Source: Minisyncoccota bacterium
GTDB lineage: Bacteria; Patescibacteriota; Minisyncoccia; Phycocordibacterales; JAXHMZ01
Direction: 5' to 3'
DNA: 38,614 nt
Assembly (NCBI GenBank): GCA_040879625.1
Contig: JBBDJZ010000008.1
Coordinates: forward strand, 1 to 38,614
In this document: in pieces, positions 17,572 through 23,834 of the stretch
Layout: each line of letters opens with the position of its first letter
How positions within the stretch are numbered: the stretch's first letter is position 1
Made by a program: the position numbers and the translations under genes
The notes under the pieces: generated by a model
Seen by the model: the letters and a program-made list of their open reading frames with translations, nothing else
What the model was told of the DNA's origin: nothing
Database searches by the model: none

Positions 17572-17862
17572 CTAGCTCATTTGGATGGGGTCGAACCTGC
17601 CAGCCTCCTTGAGGTCGAGGGGTGGGAGAATTCTTTGTCCCGTTCGCTTCCAAGGGCATTCGCCACGAGGTGCGTTGTTGTCGAATTGGACCATTTCGAA
17701 GCCGTCCGCTGTGCGGACGAATCTCTCGTTCTGTCCAACGAGAACACTGTCGACAACCTCACCACTGCTATCAATGATATCGACAACTGTTACTGTCGTC
17801 GAAGCAGCGTGGGCGCCATCCCTGTAAACAATTCCCTCTTGAGCCTCGCTTGGTTTACACAT
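17572..17862 (-). CDS. Hypothetical 96-aa ORF in GC-rich unit B (coding status uncertain)
   Basis: The start is taken at ATG-TGT 17862. That position corresponds to the unit A start, and GGGAGAG lies upstream. The longer ORF to 17919 would run into the conserved element. Confidence 0.3.
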   Translation of the reverse strand: MCKPSEAQEGIVYRDGAHAASTTVTVVDIIDSSGEVVDSVLVGQNERFVRTADGFEMVQFDNNAPRGECPWKRTGQRILPPLDLKEAGRFDPIQMS

Positions 17863-17991
17863 CAGCAGTCTCTCCCAAGACTTCACGGTGAATATGACCG
17901 TGAGGTGGGCGCAACACAAGTTTGTGTAGCACCCTACTCTCTGTAGTTACACTCTTTCGAGTAAATGAATGTGCCGCCCCTCTCCCTTCTG
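17863..17991 (-). ncRNA. Conserved structured 5' element, copy B
   Basis: Paralog of 17329-17456 (block 17882-17991). Confidence 0.45.
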
Positions 17992-17996
17992 GGGCA

Positions 17997-18024
17997 AGTA
18001 TATGATTTTATGTGTTCTTGTCAA
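17997..18024 (-). promoter_or_regulatory. Promoter of unit B, TTGACA-N16-TATACT
   Basis: The -35 is the reverse complement of 18019-18024 and the -10 is the reverse complement of 17997-18002. Confidence 0.6.
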
Positions 18025-18057
18025 TTTCTGCGTATCTATACACGTATGCGATGAAAT

Positions 18058-18083
18058 AAAAAAGCGGGTCGTTGTGTACCCGC
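18058..18083 (-). terminator. Intrinsic terminator of the 18094-18366 ORF
   Basis: On the minus strand, GCGGGU-ACACAACG-ACCCGC is followed by UUUUUUAUUU. Confidence 0.65.
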
Positions 18084-18093
18084 TATCGTTCGG

Positions 18094-18366
18094 TTATGTT
18101 TTGTGAGACACAGCTCTCTGTTTAAGGGCTCTGATTTTCTCTTGATGGCGATCCTGGAGGATGCCAAGTGTGCGCCGCTTCTTTCTGAGTTCGTCCACCT
18201 GATATCGCGAAAGTGACTTTTGGCTTTGAAACGTCAATTTAATGCTACGAAGTTCTTTCTGAAACCACTCTACTTTTGTTTGGTGAAACTTAATTTCTGC
18301 CTGAATTTCTTCACGCGTCATCCCTCGGGGACGCGTGAAGACGGGTGGCTGGCTCATCTCACACAT
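18094..18366 (-). CDS. Hypothetical small coiled-coil-like basic protein
   Basis: 90 aa, or 87 aa from the second ATG at 18357 (GAAGGG lies 9 nt upstream of it). It has its own terminator. I recognise no family. Confidence 0.45.
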   Translation of the reverse strand: MCEMSQPPVFTRPRGMTREEIQAEIKFHQTKVEWFQKELRSIKLTFQSQKSLSRYQVDELRKKRRTLGILQDRHQEKIRALKQRAVSHKT

Positions 18367-18454
18367 CCCTTCTTTGAAAGAATCATCTCTTTTGTATCAC
18401 ATTACTCATTGCTGTCAATATGCTCACCGTAGTGGTTCGTATATACTAGAAAGT

Positions 18455-19171
18455 ATGGAAATCAACGTGTTTACTGACGGTGCTTCAAAAGGAAATCCTG
18501 GTCCAGGGGGGTGGGGGGCTGTGATTCACCTAGGGGAATCAGTTGTCGAACTGGGAGGAGGTGAGGCCGAGACAACGAACAACCGAATGGAACTTACCGC
18601 TGCGATTAACGCTTTAAGATACATACAAAACTCGCGTGAAAACATAACCGTTTTTACTGATTCTTCGTATCTCATACAAGGAATAACGAAATGGATATAT
18701 GGTTGGGAAAAAAATAACTGGAAGACAAAAACAAAAGCTGATGTACTTAATGTTGATCTATGGAAAGAACTTCGTACCGGAGTTGTAGATAAAAACTTAA
18801 CCTGGCGCTACGTCCCAGGTCATCAGGACGTCACGGGTAATGAAAGAGCGAATGACATTGCCGAGGATTTTGCGCTTCAAAAAAAACCAGCACTGTATAA
18901 AGGTGATGCATCTCTCCACACCCTGAGACTTTTTTCCGAAGGAATGCCTCTTAGTAGAAATGGAAAAGCTGCCTCTCTTAAAAAAGATTCGTCGACAAAA
19001 AGTAGAAAGACGGGAAGTGCCTATTCTTACGTTTCACTTCTGAACGGGAAAATAGAAATACACAAAAGTTGGGACGAGTGTAAAAAACGAGTAAGCGGAA
19101 AACCTGCGCGCTTTAAGAAGGCGATGTCACAAGCCGAAGAGCGCATGATTGTGGACGAGCTTAAACAATAG
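18455..19171 (+). CDS. rnhA: Ribonuclease HI with a C-terminal hybrid-binding (Cauli_VI/HBD-like) domain
   Basis: RNase H motifs VFTDGAS, NNRMEL, VFTDSSY and GNERANDIA. The C-terminal YSYV..SWDECKKRVSGKPARFKKA matches the RNase H1 HBD signature (W-N/D-E-C...FP-A-ARFKKF). The start at ATG 18455 lies 7 nt after TATACT. Confidence 0.85.
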   Translation: MEINVFTDGASKGNPGPGGWGAVIHLGESVVELGGGEAETTNNRMELTAAINALRYIQNSRENITVFTDSSYLIQGITKWIYGWEKNNWKTKTKADVLNVDLWKELRTGVVDKNLTWRYVPGHQDVTGNERANDIAEDFALQKKPALYKGDASLHTLRLFSEGMPLSRNGKAASLKKDSSTKSRKTGSAYSYVSLLNGKIEIHKSWDECKKRVSGKPARFKKAMSQAEERMIVDELKQ

Positions 19172-19174
19172 GAT

Positions 19175-20701
19175 ATGCAAAAAATAGTTGTCGAACGATT
19201 TATTCTCTCGACAACTTTCGTTGGAGTTTGTGTCGGTATCCTTGGTCGCGAACTTTTCCATCTCGATATTGTTTTTGCACTTTTTGTTTTGTTGTTACTT
19301 TTAAGTTCAACACTCGGTGTGTATGTTCTCCGAACAGAGATATTGCTACGACCCTTGTTCGTTATTCTTGTTGTCTTTAGTACTGCTCTCGTGCTCGGTC
19401 TTACACGATCTGCACAGAACGAAAAAGAATTTCAACTTCTCCGGTATGACGAACAGAACGTAGTGCTCTATGGGAAGGTCGTGAGTGAACCAGAACATCG
19501 AGAAAACTATCAAGTATATGTATTAAAAGCTCACGCTTTTGAAACAGAACGTCGATGCGAAATGCTTAATGAAAAAGTGCTTGTCCGCGCTGATATGTTT
19601 GAAAACGTATCGTATGGCGAGATACAAAAAGTAAGTGGATACCTTACCGCCCCATCCCCGTTCATTACTCAAAACGGCCGCATTTTTTTATATGATGAAT
19701 ATTTAAAAAAAGATGGCATTGGAATAATTATCTCTTTTGCATCTATTGAAGTCCTTACTGTTGGTCAGGGGAATGTAATACAACACACCTTGCTCTCAAT
19801 AAAATCAGCGTATCTTAAAAGTATTGCTCGCTTTATATCTGACCCCAGCGTTTCTCTTCTTGGTGGACTGACGGTTGGAACAAAACAATCACTTGGGGAA
19901 GGTTTAGAAAATGATTTTCGTACAACTGGGATTATTCATATTGTGGTGCTTTCAGGATACAACGTCATTATTGTTGCTGAAACAATTATGAGAAGTTTGC
20001 GACCTCTACCACTCCGCGCTCGACTCAGCGCGAGCATCCTTGCAATTGGATTTTTTGTGATTCTTGTTGGTGCAGGAAGTACGGTTGTTCGTGCGGCGCT
20101 TATGGCTGTTGTCGCCCTCTTAGTGCGGGCGTCTGGACGCATTGCTGTTGGGCTACAATTACTCTTACTTGCGGGCGTCTCTATGCTCATCGCGAATCCC
20201 ACTCTTTTGCTTCACGATCCCTCTTTCCAACTCTCGTTCGTTGCAACCCTTGGATTAATTCTTTTTTCTAAACCTCTTGAAAACCTTTTTTACTGGATTC
20301 GTAATCGAGGCTTTCGTGAAATTACCACCGCCACTGTTTCAACTCAGATTGCTGTCTTTCCACTTCTTATGTATCTCATGGGAGAAATCTCTCTCGTAGC
20401 TCTTCCGGTTAATCTTCTTATTCTGCCAACCGTACCTGCAGCAATGCTTCTAGGTTTCATTACGGGAATAGTTGGTCTTCTTCCGTTTGTTTCAGTGTTT
20501 CTCGCTCCAGTGTTTGGTGCTCTTGCATTCTTCGTATTATCTTATGAGCTTCTTGTTGTGAACATTTTTGCACGGATTCCTTTTGCTTCAATCATCCTGC
20601 CTCCGTTCTCTCTTACGCATATGTTTCTCTGCTATGCATTCATTGTGTTTGTGTTTTGGAAACTTGGAAACGCGTGTTCCACAGAATTTCCGAAGCAGTA
20701 A
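19175..20701 (+). CDS. comEC: ComEC/Rec2 DNA-internalisation channel (N-terminal and competence domains only)
   Basis: 508 aa, polytopic, with the competence-domain motif TGIIHIVVLSGYNV. No MBL domain is present in this ORF. Confidence 0.85.
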   Translation: MQKIVVERFILSTTFVGVCVGILGRELFHLDIVFALFVLLLLLSSTLGVYVLRTEILLRPLFVILVVFSTALVLGLTRSAQNEKEFQLLRYDEQNVVLYGKVVSEPEHRENYQVYVLKAHAFETERRCEMLNEKVLVRADMFENVSYGEIQKVSGYLTAPSPFITQNGRIFLYDEYLKKDGIGIIISFASIEVLTVGQGNVIQHTLLSIKSAYLKSIARFISDPSVSLLGGLTVGTKQSLGEGLENDFRTTGIIHIVVLSGYNVIIVAETIMRSLRPLPLRARLSASILAIGFFVILVGAGSTVVRAALMAVVALLVRASGRIAVGLQLLLLAGVSMLIANPTLLLHDPSFQLSFVATLGLILFSKPLENLFYWIRNRGFREITTATVSTQIAVFPLLMYLMGEISLVALPVNLLILPTVPAAMLLGFITGIVGLLPFVSVFLAPVFGALAFFVLSYELLVVNIFARIPFASIILPPFSLTHMFLCYAFIVFVFWKLGNACSTEFPKQ

Positions 20702-20743
20702 AGGTAGCACAAGAGAGGGGTGGTACGAGTCATGCCTAATGAA

Positions 20744-20766
20744 AATGAGCAGGAGATCTGCTCATT
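20744..20766. terminator. Perfect 9-bp hairpin between convergent comEC and the sod gene
   Basis: AATGAGCAG-GAGAT-CTGCTCATT. A second hairpin, GTAGAGG-GGTA-CCTCTAC at 20785-20802, overlaps the sod stop. The U-tracts are weak. Confidence 0.4.
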
Positions 20767-20798
20767 GTATAGTACCCATCTTGCGTAGAGGGGTACCT

Positions 20799-21389
20799 CT
20801 ACTCTGACTCTTCAAATCTCTTTTCCACAATACCAAAGTTGGTGTTATGAAAAACTGCTTGTACGTATGTTGCTTTTTCACTTGGTACGTAGTCGAGAAG
20901 GAACGCGTGCTCCCAGAGGTCTACTCCAAAAATAAACTGCGCGCTATTAAGGTGCCCAATATGCTGTTCGTCAATCCAACTGTTTACAAGTTTCATTTCT
21001 TCTTTGTCGTAATAAAGAATAGCGAAGCCAACACCTCTCATTGCGGTTAATTTTAGGAAATCTTTTTTCCACCGATCGACCGAGCCAAAGTCCTGAGACA
21101 TTTTTTTTGCAAGCGCGCTCTCTGGGTCAAGTTCGCGTATTCCTCCACCGAGCTGTTCAAAAAAGTATTCGTGGTTTCTCATTCCACCGAACTCGAAAGA
21201 AAACCGCCGTCGTGCCTCAAGCAACGCAAACTTTTTTGAATCATCCCCATCCATTGAATCAATGAGTTCGATAATTGTGTTTGTATTTTTGACATACCCG
21301 GCATAAAGGCCTAGGTGTACTTCCATTGTTTTTTCTGAAATGCCTTCGAGCGAATGAAAGGTGAATTTTTTCTCTGTGTAGTTTTTCAT
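20799..21389 (-). CDS. Fe/Mn-family superoxide dismutase
   Basis: 196 aa. DLWEHAFLLDY and upstream His motifs match the metal ligands of the family. Confidence 0.85.
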   Translation of the reverse strand: MKNYTEKKFTFHSLEGISEKTMEVHLGLYAGYVKNTNTIIELIDSMDGDDSKKFALLEARRRFSFEFGGMRNHEYFFEQLGGGIRELDPESALAKKMSQDFGSVDRWKKDFLKLTAMRGVGFAILYYDKEEMKLVNSWIDEQHIGHLNSAQFIFGVDLWEHAFLLDYVPSEKATYVQAVFHNTNFGIVEKRFEESE

Positions 21390-21451
21390 GGTTTAAAAAT
21401 TATTAGTGTTTAATGATTCTAACACTTCTTGGTGTGCTGTATTTTCTCTGT

Positions 21452-21460
21452 TGGTATACT
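21452..21460 (+). promoter_or_regulatory. Extended -10 element TGgTATACT for the MBL-domain gene
   Basis: TGGTATACT lies 11 nt before the ATG at 21472. Confidence 0.5.
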
Positions 21461-21471
21461 TGACGTATACC

Positions 21472-22383
21472 ATGAAGATATCATACAAACAGGCGAGTCT
21501 CACTCGAGAGAAAAGCACACTCTTTTTTCTTGTGCTTTTTTTTACACTCACAACGTTTGTCTCGTGGTCGGTTCTCTTTTTTACACGTTCCGAAAAACAA
21601 ATTCTTAGCGTGGTCATGCTTGATGTTGGGCAAGGTGACGCATTCTTTATTGAGTCTCCAGGTGGAACGCAAGTGCTGATTGATGGAGGTCGAGGGAGAG
21701 CAGCACTGCGCGAACTTTCAAAAGTAATGCCATTTTGGGATCGCTCTCTTGACGTGGTGGTCGCAACTCACCCCGACGCTGATCACATCGGAGGTCTTGT
21801 GCATGTTCTCGAACGATTTGACGTTTCGTATATTTTGCACACTTCGATTCAAAAAGACACGCCCGTGTTTCGTGCATATAGTGAAGCCGTTCTGGAAGAG
21901 GATCCTGTTATTGTCCCTTCTTCTCGAGGCACGAAAATTACTCTCGATGATTCGGTCGTTCTTACTATCCTCTCTCGTGAAGTTGTTGCAGCAAGCGATA
22001 CGAACGAAGCGTCGATTATTCTGCGACTTGATTATGGAGGTACCAGTTTTCTTTTTACCGGAGATGCGCCAAAAGAAACCGAGCAAGAACTTCTTCAGTT
22101 TTACTCTGTGCTCGACGTTGATGTTCTTAAGGTGGGACATCATGGCTCAGACACCTCAACTTCTACAGAATTTATTTCTGCAACGTCGCCCGACTTTGCA
22201 CTGATCTCAGTTGGAAAAGAAAACTCATACGGACATCCAGATGACGATGTTCTCCTGCGACTCGAGGACGCGGGTGTAAAGATTCTCCGAAGTGATGAAC
22301 GGGGGACGGTGCGTTTAATTTCCGATGGAGAAGGAGTGTTTGTAAAACCACTCCATTTCTTTGAAGAATTGCTGGGGCTCTAA
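21472..22383 (+). CDS. Membrane-anchored MBL-fold hydrolase equivalent to the ComEC C-terminal domain
   Basis: N-terminal TM helix, then LDVGQGDAFFIE, HPDADHIGG and KVGHHGS motifs typical of the ComEC metallo-beta-lactamase domain. Confidence 0.8.
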   Translation: MKISYKQASLTREKSTLFFLVLFFTLTTFVSWSVLFFTRSEKQILSVVMLDVGQGDAFFIESPGGTQVLIDGGRGRAALRELSKVMPFWDRSLDVVVATHPDADHIGGLVHVLERFDVSYILHTSIQKDTPVFRAYSEAVLEEDPVIVPSSRGTKITLDDSVVLTILSREVVAASDTNEASIILRLDYGGTSFLFTGDAPKETEQELLQFYSVLDVDVLKVGHHGSDTSTSTEFISATSPDFALISVGKENSYGHPDDDVLLRLEDAGVKILRSDERGTVRLISDGEGVFVKPLHFFEELLGL

Positions 22384-22389
22384 AAGAAC

Positions 22390-22417
22390 TTGACATATTA
22401 TCAATATGTGTTATTAT
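22390..22417 (+). promoter_or_regulatory. Promoter TTGACA-N16-TATTAT(ACT)
   Basis: -35 at 22390-22395 and -10 at 22412-22417. It shares GTGTTATTATACT with the promoter at 23751. Confidence 0.6.
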
Positions 22418-22445
22418 ACTGAAGTAGGTTCCTTAAGGAGGAATT

Positions 22446-22709
22446 ATGCTTGTCAGCAGGCGTGACGACGGTGCAAACAGGGCCAGTAGGGCTCGCAGGA
22501 AGAGCAGGGGCTCGGCAGCGCGGGATGCGCAACTCGAACTCGAACTCGAGGACGAACTCCAAGCTCTGCAGGGGGAACTCCAAGCTCTGCAGGACGAAAT
22601 CTACGACTGCTGGGCCTTCCTAGAGTTTCCTCTCGTGTGCGACTTAGACATGGGCGAGGTGCCTCCTGTCGGGTGTTACTGGGACGACGCAACCTCGGCC
22701 GACTACTAA
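22446..22709 (+). CDS. Hypothetical 87-aa protein: Arg-rich N-terminus, heptad-repeat middle, Cys/aromatic C-terminus
   Basis: Strong SD AAGGAGG lies 4 nt upstream. The patch is GC-rich and contains in-frame DNA tandem repeats. I recognise no family. Confidence 0.5.
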   Translation: MLVSRRDDGANRASRARRKSRGSAARDAQLELELEDELQALQGELQALQDEIYDCWAFLEFPLVCDLDMGEVPPVGCYWDDATSADY

Positions 22710-22788
22710 GCAACCTCCTCCATTCACATCACACAGGCCAGCTTCTCACGAGGCTGGTCACTTACTTTATACAAGCACAGGGAAAAAC

Positions 22789-22816
22789 TTGACAAAAGAC
22801 AATTACTAGATATAAT
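22789..22816 (+). promoter_or_regulatory. Consensus promoter TTGACA-N16-TATAAT
   Basis: -35 at 22789-22794 and -10 at 22811-22816. Confidence 0.7.
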
Positions 22817-22823
22817 ATTTACC

Positions 22824-22853
22824 CAACCTAGCAATAGGTTGTTTGATCTTTTT
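22824..22853 (+). promoter_or_regulatory. 5'-terminal hairpin plus U-tract in the leader of the ClpP-like gene (attenuator or stabiliser)
   Basis: CAACCTA-GCAA-TAGGTTG is a 7-bp stem with a GNRA-type loop. It is followed by TTTGATCTTTTT and starts at about the predicted TSS. Confidence 0.4.
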
Positions 22854-22893
22854 ATCCAAAACACATTTCTAGGCCCTTGAAGGAGAGGTAGTT

Positions 22894-23403
22894 GTGAAAG
22901 ATGAGTCTGAGCAAAAAGGACACCTCGATCCGCTCTGGTTTGGTGGTCGGGTGGACTACCCCTCTGTCAACCGTCTCGTTGATCAGATTACAGAACTGAC
23001 CCCAGAAGAAGGAATGCTTGAAGTAATCATTTCCTCGTTCGGAGGATATAACATCCCAGCGATTGATTTCGAAGTGTGGCTGTCGAGGTTTGAGAGAAAG
23101 GGAAACCTGCGGGCGATTGCTGGAACCGTTGTTGCTTCTGCTGGACTCACTTTGTTCTTGGGGTTCGAGCGGAGAACTGCGATTCAGAGATCCGTACTTA
23201 GATTTCATCACCTTTCGCTTTCTTCCGACAACAATGATTCGATGGACGAACTTCAACTCAAGCAGGAGGAGTTAAGCTTAATCGATTTCGTCGAGAAAAG
23301 GACGGGATTCACTCGCGCTCAAATCAAGGGCTACATGGATGACCGTACTTCTTTGTCTGGAGAGGATCTTTTTCTCTTGGGACTCTGCAATGAAAGACTA
23401 TAG
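22894..23403 (+). CDS. Truncated ClpP-like (peptidase S14 fold) protein
   Basis: It aligns by eye with the clpP in this window: SSFGGYNIPAIDF versus [18 protein letters not shown] versus AASMG (Ser), RFHH versus MIHQP (His), MDDR versus ERD (Asp). It lacks the N-terminal axial region. It has a GTG start with an AGGAG SD. Confidence 0.6.
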   Translation: MKDESEQKGHLDPLWFGGRVDYPSVNRLVDQITELTPEEGMLEVIISSFGGYNIPAIDFEVWLSRFERKGNLRAIAGTVVASAGLTLFLGFERRTAIQRSVLRFHHLSLSSDNNDSMDELQLKQEELSLIDFVEKRTGFTRAQIKGYMDDRTSLSGEDLFLLGLCNERL

Positions 23404-23435
23404 ACCGCCCCTGTGTTACAGGAGGCGGTCTTTTT
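23403..23435 (+). terminator. Intrinsic terminator
   Basis: GACCGCC-CCTGT-GTT-ACAGG-A-GGCGGTC is followed by TTTTT. Confidence 0.8.
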
Positions 23436-23473
23436 GATATACTACTTGTATAGTAGTTAAATAACATACAAAT

Positions 23474-23677
23474 ATGAATCCAGAAAACATGGGGGGTCCA
23501 ATTGGAAGTCCTGAAGAAGAAGAGATGGGACGGTTGGTGGAAGAGCGAGGAGCACTAAATGAGGAACTCATGCAAAATGCTGCAGGGGGCACGCTTAGTG
23601 ACGAGGCTATCGAAGCTAAGCAGAGGCGTATTGAGGAGATTGATGCAGTTCTTGCTAGTAGGTCAAACCGAGAGTAA
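23474..23677 (+). CDS. Hypothetical 67-aa acidic, helical protein
   Basis: The ORF sits between two terminators. It has no obvious SD and I recognise no family. Confidence 0.4.
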   Translation: MNPENMGGPIGSPEEEEMGRLVEERGALNEELMQNAAGGTLSDEAIEAKQRRIEEIDAVLASRSNRE

Positions 23678-23707
23678 GCTTGCTTTCATACAATGTCACT
23701 ATAAAAA

Positions 23708-23735
23708 GACCAAGCTCTAACAGCTCGGTCTTTTT
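23708..23735 (+). terminator. Intrinsic terminator
   Basis: GACCAAGC-TCTAACA-GCTCGGTC (one mismatch) is followed by TTTTT. Confidence 0.7.
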
Positions 23736-23750
23736 AATATGTAGAGTGTG

Positions 23751-23779
23751 TTTACAAATATAAATAAACGTGTTATTAT
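23751..23779 (+). promoter_or_regulatory. Promoter TTTACA-N17-TATTAT(ACT)
   Basis: -35 at 23751-23756 and -10 at 23774-23779. Confidence 0.55.
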
Positions 23780-23834
23780 ACTACTAGAGCAGTTTCTCGT
23801 CATTTCTGCCTAAACCACACAGAGGGAGAGTTTC

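Noticed and set aside
17572-17610. A tRNA-like 3' end on the minus strand (GGTTCGACCCC ... GCTAGCACCA).
   Set aside because: No complementary T-stem or acceptor stem can be drawn. The sequence lies inside ORF B.
17566-17946. A plus-strand 126-aa ORF across unit B.
   Set aside because: It has no promoter or SD on the plus strand. It would read through the conserved element and the minus-strand promoter. Open frames on both strands are expected in GC-rich sequence.
17347-17991. The two 110-nt repeats could be a diversity-generating retroelement template/variable repeat pair. DGRs are common in small-genome bacteria.
   Set aside because: Mismatches between the copies involve all four bases and include indels, rather than being confined to adenine positions. 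No reverse transcriptase gene is present. Both copies sit just downstream of promoters, not at the 3' end of a target gene.
17328-18366. All three consecutive minus-strand small ORFs begin ATG-TG(C/T), giving Met-Cys. This might mark a shared N-terminal Cys chemistry.
   Set aside because: The match is only two codons. The third ORF more likely starts at its second ATG (18357). With three cases this could be chance, so it is mentioned but not promoted to a finding.
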